From Glaucostegus cemiculus (lineage: Eukaryota): 64,000 nucleotides of DNA. How positions within the stretch are numbered: position 1 is the stretch's first letter; each line of letters opens with the position of its first letter. The notes under the pieces were generated by a model. It saw nothing but the letters and a program-made list of their open reading frames with translations, searched no databases and was not told the origin of the DNA. The stretch lies in NCBI GenBank assembly GCA_976551045.1, contig CDPCPM010000007.1:8494001-8558000 (forward strand). Direction: 5' to 3'. Position numbers and translations under genes: made by a program. This document shows, in pieces, positions 50,315 to 60,700 of the stretch.

Positions 50315-50817
50315 CTTATACAGCTTCACTGCTGCCTCATGCCTATGGTTGGTACTATGAAGGCGCAACTTATCCACACTGTTAGTATAATAGTCACAGG
50401 CATTGCACTTCAGATGCACTGGATTCCCAATAGCTACACACTTCAGCCTCCACTCATTAGGTTTACCACCTTCTCTGATGTGGGCCACCAGCTGATATTT
50501 CTGCATGTGTTTGTCTGTCTTACAATGGAGCTGAAAATTGGCCTTCAGCTGAGTGTTGTAGTTGCAAAGCTTACACTGGTAGATGTCTCCAATCACAGCC
50601 TTCCACTCCTCTTCAGGGAGTGAACGTTCACTGTTCACATGCAAGCTCAGGGCCTCCAGGCTGTCGGTGGTAAATTTGTTGCAGACAGCACACTGGAACA
50701 ACTTCAGAGAAGGGTCATTGATGTAAGGTGAAATCTCTCCAGCAGTAAGGAAGGACAGGTCATCACCCACTAGCTGACCACTTGCAAGCCTCATTTCAGG
50801 TGGTAGCTCGCTATTAA
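50315..50817 (-). CDS. ZFHX4: ZFHX4 second coding exon (503 nt) with three C2H2-type fingers
   Basis: Acceptor TTTTCTCTTTGCAG|TT AAT AGC GAG completes G+TT = Val and gives [20 protein letters not shown], in frame with the upstream exon. It encodes CAVC.., [23 protein letters not shown] and [23 protein letters not shown]. Donor is TAT AAG|GTAAGA at 50315/50314. Confidence 0.95.
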
Positions 50818-52151
50818 CTGCAAAGAGAAAATCAGAGGGAACAGTTTGCTGTTAGAAACCGAAAGCACATCCCGTGAAACAGAAACACACAGAGGAATTG
50901 TTTGAAAAAAAACGCCTTGGTGAGGGGTTTGCTTTCTCCGGAGCTTAAACTATAAAAAGCTGTAATAGGATTGAATCAGGATCAATTACAATCATCCCTT
51001 TCAACTCCTAAATTCTCTCATCAGATAGCTTTAATTACTCCTGTTGGGCATGATGTCATCCCTGAATTTGTATTTGTAAAGGCATAGAAAAGAAAACTGC
51101 AGCACATTTAGAAATAAGAGCCCCAATTTACCTTCACTTAGCTAACTCAAGTTACAGCAAGAACCACCAGTTCTGAAAAATTCCTGGGGGCTGCTCCCTT
51201 TCCTTTCGCATTACTTTGCTGGAAGTGCGTCAGAAACCCTATTTACTCAGCAATGCTGGCAGAGCCAGAGTAGCTGCCAGAATTTCCCAGGAGTGCCAAA
51301 ATGTTTCTATATGAAAAATGATATTTTCTTTAATTAAATCAAAAACATTGGTGTTGAATTCAAAAAATATAACAGCACAATAAATGCATCCAAACTATTA
51401 ACTATCTCACTTAAATTCTGCACCATCGTGGTCAGCATTTAAAGAAGAATCTTTTAATAATGGAGGCTACTGGATCCTCAAGACATTAGTAATTGTGCAG
51501 ATATATTATTGAAAACTTTCACTTTGCGGTATTTGGCGTTATATTTTTTACTTATTGTGAAGCATTGGCATATTAAGCAGGCATTGATACAGGCCAGAGA
51601 ATTTTATTTGAAAACATTTATTTGTCTTGACAGTTACTCAATTTCACAAAAGCGATCTCAACTGAAACATAAAATACTTCAAAAGAAAGTATTTTCAGTG
51701 CAGTGAGAATAGAAAGCCAACAAAAATAAATAAATAACAAGTTTGCACAGATATTGCACAGGTGTAAAACACCCATCTTCCTCAGCATGGAAGGATTCAA
51801 GAGTTCAATATGAAATTAAACTGTACAATGGTCAATCAAGACAATTATATCAACATGGGCTCATCAATGTTGAGAATTACAGTGAAACTAGAGCAACATA
51901 AAATACACACCTAATATAAAATAACGAGATGACCTGTCTAATAGAACATGTATATTTGTATTTGAAAAATATGGTTAAGCAACACTCCCGATTACAACTG
52001 TTGTTGGGAATTCACAAGAAATATTTTATTCTAGTGGATAAAAGAAAAACATGCATGCTTCAAAAGATGAATAGTCAATTTATATTTTAACAGGTTAACA
52101 AAGTGAAATGACAATCGCAAGTGAGAGAAAGCAACGCCAATAAACACTGAC
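50818..52151 (-). other. ZFHX4: ZFHX4 phase-1 GT-AG intron (1334 nt)
   Basis: GTCAGT...TTGCAG lies between the two coding exons and the reading frame is preserved across it. Confidence 0.92.
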
Positions 52152-54732
52152 CTAGTCCTGGTGTCACAGCTGCAGCTTTTGCAGGATCAAGCTGGAATGG
52201 ATTTAACATGAATTGCGGGTCAGCTGGACTTTCCAGTTTCAGGCCTGTCAAGCCTATGTTTTGAGCCAGGTAGTACTGGTAAAGTTCGGCCTCAGCAGGT
52301 GCCAGGCCCAAGTGCAGACTGTGCTGGATTTGTTTCATGTTCTGCTGCAGCAACATCATGTTGTGCATGTGCTTTTCACTTGTCATGTGGATGCGAAGAT
52401 TCCTCGCCACATTGGTTTCATAGTCGCACACCTCGCACCGCCAGGTGGGCTTTTGTTTTGGTTTGGATGGGGATGGTGTCCCACAGTTACTGAGGCTAGA
52501 TGTAGGTCCTGGAGCATTATGCACAAAGACTTGCTCTCCACTGCCGTTCTGAAGGTTTTGAACATTGTTTAGGTGCTTGTCTGACTGCATATGAATACTG
52601 AGGTTGCCTTTGGTAGTTGTAGAGTAGTTACAAACCTCGCAGCGGAAGGGTTTATAGCCACAAGTGTAACTCTCACCCCTGGCTAGCCTAGGGTGAGGCT
52701 GCCCAGTCTTACAATACACACAAGAGTTACCAGGCTCAGGGTGTTTTTCCTTCATATGTGCCTCAAGAGTTTGTTGATACTTGTAGTGCCAGTTGCATTT
52801 GGGACATTTCAATGTCTTGCACGAGTTCCGTGAATGCATCATAGTCATGTGGCCACCTAAAGAGCGCGATGAGCCAAGGACCGTGTCACATTTAGGACAC
52901 TCAATACTGCTTCCTGGTGGACTTTCACCTGCCTCTAGTGTGCAAGGGTTACAGCTGTGCTGGTGATGAGAACCAGGACTATCATCATCTCCGTGGGTCG
53001 AGTCATTTGGTTGAGGGGTTGTGGCACAATCTTTACTGGCACCAGCAAAGTCCTTGCCACTAATGCTATAGATATTGTCACTGCAACTATCCCTGTGTGC
53101 AGCATGCTGCTTTGCCTTATCCAGGTCATCAGAAACAGTCACAGAGGAAGAAGAGGTACCCTTTTCATTTAAATTTAGCACACTGGGCATTAAAGGAGAC
53201 ATAGAAATGCTTTGGTTTGAGATAGGGAAATCTTTGCTACTATTACGGTCCACTAATCCACTTGACAACAATGCCTCGTCATCATCGAGTTCATTTGAAT
53301 ATGTGTCATCTTCTTCATCATCATCCACCGGCTCGATAGGCTCACTTTTGATTTGCAACTCTCCATCTGGATGCAAGACAAATGCTCCTTTTGCTCTTTC
53401 ACAGTTACTCTCTTGGTCCTTGCTCCCTGACAACTTGTTTGACCCAGAGGATGAGTGACTGAGGGAAGCTGAGGTAATTGGGGTGGTCAGAGCTGAACTG
53501 GACAGTCCCCCCAGGTTTGCTTCAGCTTTGTGCACTGTGTTCCCGAGTGACTGATCTGATGAACCAGCAGTGCTCGCACTTCCTTTCAAGAATGCAAAGC
53601 CTGCCTGAAAAGAATCACCATTTTCTACATGAAATGCACTCCACAAACCACGGTAGGTTGGATCGGGACCTATGAGGTTTGCACTAGAAAAACGAGGATG
53701 AATAGAATTTGTATTTTTTGGTTCCAGAAAGCTTATTAGAGGTTCCTTGTCTTTGCCTATCCCCTGTATGATGGCAGAGATATATTTATTATTTAGAAGC
53801 TTTTGCTCCTCTTCATTGAGGCCCATCCGATGGTCATGCACAGCATGGGTTACAAATGACTTAACATAGCCAAAAGACAACTTGCACAAGAAACACATCA
53901 AAATAGGTTTCCTTTTCCCATCACTAACACAACCATCAAATTTAGACAAGTCCACATTGTTAGGAACATCTTTGGACACGCAGGAGTTTTTGGCCAAGCC
54001 GTCACTGCTAAGATAATCTTTCTCACTACTATGCCGGACATCGTAGACACGGAAACTGTGCAAGACAGGACCGACTCCTGCAAATGCTGAGGTATTTGGG
54101 AAAGCCTGTTCGGCAGGAAATTGTTTCCCGAGGGATGAAGCAATATGAAAAGTGTTGATGACTTGCGGGTAGAACGACATAGGTGTAGAGGTTGTTTGCT
54201 CATTTTTCTCCCCAGCTGCTGTGAGCGAGTTCAGAAAAAGTGCTGAGGGAAAGAGCTTACTGTTCATTTCCGGCTGCACGTTCTTCCCACTGTCTTTGGA
54301 GTCCTCTATAATAAACGCCGACCCATCAGGTTGGTAAACTATCTCCCCTGTCAGATTCTCCACATCGCTATCCTCTAATTCACTTATTTCACTGTCATTG
54401 TCATCCTTCAGAAGAGGAAGACGGGCATTTGGGCAGTGATGCTCCATGTATTTCTGTAAACTTGAGAAAGAAGTGGCACATTCGTTGCAAGGGATCTCTT
54501 TTGCTGAGGTAACCTGAGTGGTGGCAGCATTCTCCACACTGAAATCCAACAAGCTTTTGCTTCTGTGCTCATCTGTTCTCAGGTTGTCATCCGTGGCGCT
54601 ATTTTTTCTGTCAGCCTCCATCCCTGCAACTTTCTCTGGCACCTCATTATCAAGTTGTGTCGTTCCACATAGCTTTGATGTGTTATGCCCATTTTCCTGC
54701 CTAGAGATAGTAGGGGAGTCACAGGTTTCCAT
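52152..54732 (-). CDS. ZFHX4: ZFHX4 (zinc finger homeobox 4), first coding exon, CDS part (860 codons + 1 nt, phase-1 donor)
   Basis: The ORF starts [15 protein letters not shown] and contains [32 protein letters not shown] and tandem C2H2 fingers (CPKC..HMTMMH, CPKC..HMKEKH, CEVC..HMQSDKH, CEVC..HMTSEKH), which I recognise as the ZFHX4 N-terminus rather than ZFHX3. Start context is GCCATGG. Donor is CTA G|GTCAGT at 52152/52151. Confidence 0.96.
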
Positions 54733-54778
54733 GGCAATTGCTACATGGGGATCTCATTTCATCCAGCCTGTCAGGGAC
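54733..54778 (-). other. ZFHX4: 5'UTR part (46 nt) of the first coding exon of ZFHX4
   Basis: Minus-strand polypyrimidine tract and acceptor TTTGTTTATTCAG|GTCCCTGACAGG, with the AG at 54780-54779, 46 nt upstream of the ATG. Confidence 0.88.
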
Positions 54779-57700
54779 CTGAATAAACAAAAAAATAAGT
54801 TGAGAGAAACCATTTTATTAAATAATATTATTCTCCAATAGCTCATCCCTAGTTCACAGACTGAAGAAATTTGAAATCAAGTACAAGATGGGCCAATGCA
54901 ATTTGAAATAAAGATCTAAACATATTAGCCTTTAACATTTTACTAAAGCAATAATTTTAAAATAGTTACATTATTTTTTCTCCCCTTAAAGTACGTGCAC
55001 AATATTTAATTTATTGATGTGTTATACTCTGTAGTCACCTATATAATGTTTCTTCAATATAAAACTTTTAATTAACTAGTCTATCATACACAAAAAACAA
55101 TTTCCTATAAAATCATACTGTCACAGTACTGATGCATTTGTAATGATCTGGAGCTTCAACAGCAGTAATCACTCACAAAAATAACATGGCAACGCATCCA
55201 AAATACTTCAGTTTTCAATCCAGGCAGCTCCATAATAAAACAGGAGTCTTAATCCATAGTTTCACAAGCAAGTCATTAGGTATATCCCAACACTATGAAA
55301 AAGATCAAACCCACCAATAATGTGGGTTTTTACTCGAGATTTCCAATAGACATGTGTAATTGTTGAAAAATACAAGACGATTTTATGCTCTCACCATCTT
55401 CCCTACATGTTCCTGAATGCTAATGCACTCCTTTGCAAAAGTAGAGCTCTAACAATGTTTTCCTTAAAAATACACATAAAGGAAACACCTAGAGCTGATA
55501 GTTTACCTCCTTCACTAAATGTTTTCGAAAGGCTTTCAGCTTATAAAGTTGCTGTGGGCTGTATTTTTTTTTACACGTACACACTCTTGGTGAATGTCAG
55601 ATAAACCCAAAAACATGAGAGAAAAGCAAGCAAATTACTATAATGCCAACAGGAAAAAAAAGACTGAGCTCTTCTTTCCTTCACATCTGACCAAATAAAT
55701 CAGCTTACTTCAAATTTTCCTTCTGTGAGAGCTCTCAGCAGGTATCTAACAAGCCCTGATTAAGCACCAATCAGGATTCTTCCACACGCTTCAGCTACTT
55801 CAATAGGCATAGAAACAGAAATTAATATTTAGTGCATCCAGTCCTACCATCCTTGGGGAAAATCAGACGCAGTTAAATTTTTTTTCCACTGCAAAACGTA
55901 ATGAACACCATTTCAAATACAATTTTGATGTTGTCAGTCCTGGTGGGGTGCCCATCTCTCAGCCACTACCTCAATCAACTTCTTGCCTATCTTTAACAAA
56001 TCATATGAAAGTTCTGATGATGAAAATCCTTCAATCATTTTCTCAAAGCAGGTACCAGAGCCCATACATTTCCTTTAGTTGTAACACAGATGTAGTCTGT
56101 AAAGTCTGTATCACCATTTCACAGGAGGGTGAAGCACAGGAAGAAAGTTAATGTAAAAAAAATTGCTCTGCTAGCCTTCAGCCTCATTGTCCACTGGACT
56201 GCAACTACTGTTGAATTAATGACATGCATAGATCCTGAGTGTCTCTAGTCCTTGCAGATCTCCACGTTTGCAGAATGATGGCACTATACACAACACCAAG
56301 GTGGTCAGCTACTTCAATGCTCACTTTCCATACATGACAAAAGGCTTTGAGCAAGATAAAGGGCAACCCACTGTACACCTTAAGGGACCAGTGTACTATG
56401 ATTCCCAAAAAATTAAGAAAATTGCCACATGCAATATCAATAAGACAGAATAATTCCACACTATGTAACCATGAACAAAACAAAATACTCACTGCTATAG
56501 AACACTTGGGGGGGCAGAGGCCATTCTGTGTTGTGAACATAATGCCCTAGTATGCAGCAATTTAAGGGATTAATTTAAAACAACTTCAGACTAAATAAGG
56601 CTTGGGGAATGCACTTTGCTATTAAACGTTGAAGAATAGCTGCTTAAATTTTTTGCCCTAATCAAATCTAATCTCTTCAGCTAAGTCAAAGAGGAAAATG
56701 ATCAGTTTAAGAGACATCAGAAGATTTACACAGATTGAAAATGAATTAAAATTAGTTTTGCTGTCTAAGATGGGCTAAAATGACAGTCTAATTGCCTCTG
56801 AATTGAATATCATAAAGCTTAGCGTGTAATTTTAATCATTGATGAGCTCCAGGTTAATTATGCTCATGGCTTGCATGCAGCATAAAAAAGCATCTCTGAA
56901 ATGAACCTCAACACAAAGACCATGAAAACCTAATAATTTTCTAATTAGTTCACACACGGGCACATTTACCTCTGCATTTGGCAATTTAGCACCAACAATA
57001 TTTGCATCAGAAATTAGGCTATAGTTTTTGGAGCATTATACAGTACTCCTAACAGTCATATAAAGTAGCAACAAAACACACCAGGCAGATGTGAACACCC
57101 TCTGATCCTCAGTAGTTCACAGCCATAACAGGACCATTTTCCTCAGTCTGCATTTGCCAACTTTGGACAGAAACAAAACGGGTTCAAATGGTGTGTGCTC
57201 CTGTCATTTCCAGCATAAAGCAGCCTTGCAGTACTTTTTATTTGGTGATCAGGCAGGACCAGACTTGACTACCTACTCTTGTTAGCACATACTGTACATA
57301 CACCAATATCCGCCAACACTGAATAATTTACATCGGAAATAAGCTCAAAACATGTAGTACTGTGTAGAGGGCTCCTATTTCATTTCATCATCTGAAAAAA
57401 ACAGACACTGAGAAATGACATGTCTTCACCACTTTGTAAATGGTTCTACCTATAATTCCAGAAAGATGCTGAGCAGCAAATATTAAAGACATGGTATAGC
57501 ACATCGACAAAACAATTCAATTAAGACAATTATTGTTGGGGGTTGGGGGGGTGCATGGGGGCAGGGATGAAATTCTCCACAGTGATGAAACAAGACAAAA
57601 TGCAGCAGACTGTGATTTGTAATGTGGCATCTCTCAACACTTCAAGCACTAAATGACTCTGTGGGGAATGTCTCCATGCTTCTGGGCAATACATTGCAAA

Positions 57701-60700
57701 TCATTATAAACTGATAAATTATAAAATATGCCATATACATCTGAACACTGATCTAGATACCTGCTGTTTGGACATACATGGTTTCTGCAGACAAACCAAA
57801 CCAAAGCCCTTAATTCTTCTTCAGACAATAGCTGAAGAGACTTTTACATCTAAAAAACGTTAACAAATATGCTTTTGATGTTTTATATATATCTACAACA
57901 CATTTGCAAAAGTTCAGATAATTGCCTCCTTACTCACCCACATTTTTTATCTTCAACTATAATCCTAAATTAACGTTTTATCTATTCTTTATATTGTTCT
58001 AATCAGAAGTTTTATAACAACAAATGTATTAATTTCAGTACAAACAACTGACTTTCACCTGTGATTGAATTGCTGACTTCTCTCTTCCTCCTTAGCAAAT
58101 ACAGGTTGAATGGCTACGAGCAAAATAATCGATACTCCTACACTAAGATTAACTGACAAAAAGTGTACATGTTAAACAATAGGGCAATGTCTCTGCACTG
58201 AATGAATGTTCAGTTCCCATTGGAACAAAGAACTAGAATCACAAATGCCAATTATACCTCTGTTTTTTAATTGAGATTGTCCCAGCCTTCTTCTCTGCTC
58301 CAGTGAGACACTGTTTGAGAAGTGATTAAAAAGAACGTGATCTGATCAAGAGAAGAGAATAATGGCAGAGGAATGCTAGGTTTGCCACACTGTTAAGTGC
58401 TGGGAAAAAAAAAGGCCAATAGGGTTCTTGGCCCTTTTGTTTTTCCATCTGCTGTTTAGTTCCTTTATTCAACTTCAATTATTTACTTGTAGTGTTAGAG
58501 ACAGGTTAAAAGTTGCTCATATAAAACACCAATTTGACCTACCTAAAATTACGACTTGCATAACTCTCTTAAAACCAAATACAATTATACCAGAATTATA
58601 TCAAGTTTCCTAAAGGTCATCACTGTCTCTGCTGTGGCCTTTCTCCCCCATACCAAATCCGCTATCAATATGTCATACCAAGTTAGGCAAAGACAAAAGA
58701 GAGGATCAGTGTGAAAACTGCACATATATCTAATCCTGACAAAGGAATGAATAGACCTTCACAAGTGTAATTATACTTGTTTATTTGTTGCCAGATACAA
58801 ACGACTGATGAAAAATCCATCAAAGCAGCATTATATTGGCACCGAATCCTTTCCTTGTTAAATCCACACTTCGATTTCATTCAGTTTTTTAAAAAAGCAG
58901 AGCACAAAACTTTTGCCTTGATTTTTGACAATTTTTCTACACAATGTGCAATGTTTAGATACACTCACAAAAAAATCCTTCCTGTGCTGTAACCTCCTTT
59001 AGTCTGTTGCTGAATCCTTACTCAGAAGCTGCATGGGTGTGGTACATGTTTTGCTGGCCATGGATTGTGCAGAATTAAACAGCTTTTTTACTGCACTCGT
59101 CCTTTGTAAGCACTTAAATACAGGTACCATATTTTGCACAAAAGGCAATAATTATGTTAGATTACTTCAGGTTTCCTATCTAAAGTAATGTGGCTTAGGT
59201 CAACAATTATGAACTTATGTTCAGTTGAGTGAATTCTCCTTTATCTTCTCAGTCTATTGGCCATCGTTCAGAACATTTGAAGTTGTTCAGGGGAAACCTT
59301 CAGCCACATGTTCTTGTAGCCCACGTTACTCCATGTGATGGAGATTTTTCATGATATCCCTATTGCACACTTGTACAAGCAAAATTACACTATAACAAGC
59401 CAGCTGCTTATTGCATTACTGATATCAAAATGTAATTGGTAGCTGTTTTAACTTTTGCTATTAATGCACATAATTTGTTTAGAAAAGCTAAGATGATTCT
59501 TGGTCACTGAATACCACATATTTCTGTAATTATACAATAACTAAAAACAGTACTTTTTAGAAACTACACATCCCTTCAATATAAGAAAGAAACAATTAAA
59601 GTAAAACAATCTGCATAGCTAATGTATTTGTGAGCTCTCCAATTTAAAACAGAAAAGCTGTAATTTTTTTTGCTGGCAATCTGGAAACACTCTGGAGTTA
59701 ATTACAGCTGATTCGAAGTGAACCGCACAAACAAAGGCCAGCCTATGTCCAGACAATTATACTGCATTAACCAGCTTAGAGCTTCCTGCTGATGTTTCAG
59801 GGCTCTTCTATTACACCCTTCTACCTTCCCAGCACGATAGAAAGTGCTCCTGCAAGGATGAATTAATGAAGAGAACTGCAAAAGAATGTGTGACGACCTT
59901 TTTTGACTTGGCAAAAACTTTCCGCCCAAGTCACCACAAAGACGCGGAAGGTAATTAAGTTTGAATGGAAGACTGAAACAAAATATACATCTGTCTTGTA
60001 AAAGGTGAAGAAATTAAATCTGAATTGACATGAAGATTTCAAAGACAAATAACCATAAATAAATATATAAATAAAGGAAATGTTTGTGCCTTTATGCTAT
60101 CTAGCCAGTCAAAGTTTGCCTTTCATTTTATTCTGCTCTTGATTGATCAGGCTTGTTATCAAACCAGATGTTCTTAACCAATATTCAGACAACATGTGAC
60201 ATTTGCAACCTTGGCATGACAATTTCCACATATTTAATTTTAAGTATAAGCACTGGTTTTTGGTGTGTCGGAAGCAAAGTCAATAACATCTAATCCTTTG
60301 TAACATTTTATAAATTACAAATGTGAACCAATGCTTTTCTTCACAACCTACTTTTCTTTTAAGAAATCAATGAATTACTAGAAAAAATATCTCTGTCAAG
60401 ACATTAGCTCTGATGAACAAGGTCTTCCCATTCATAAAGCTACAACAAGCCTCAGTTTAACAAATTACAAATATCCTCTTGCACCATGACTTTTCCTACA
60501 TCTTGACTCATATGTTTGAAGTTCAGTATCTGTTATGCCATCGCTGCCATTACAAAACCCCTTTCTTCTTACACTTCATGAAGTCAGTGTACTATTTGTA
60601 ATAGAACAAACTGGACAGATCAATTGCTCCAGTGCTCTTAATAACTTCCCAATGTTTCCGCAACATAGTACAAATATGTACATATTCAGCGCAAAATTGG

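Noticed and set aside
50303-50794. 163-aa ORF starting at Met 50794 as an independent zinc-finger gene
   Set aside because: The Met is internal to an exon whose real boundaries are 50817 and 50315. The terminal VRK* is intronic.
52087-54732. 881-aa ORF as a complete single-exon gene
   Set aside because: It is one exon of ZFHX4. The last 21 codons lie beyond the splice donor at 52152, and the next exon continues in frame.
52213-54841. Plus-strand ORFs overlapping the ZFHX4 exon (for example 52213-52572, 53075-53458, 54518-54841)
   Set aside because: These are antisense shadows of a long coding exon, with no recognisable domains.
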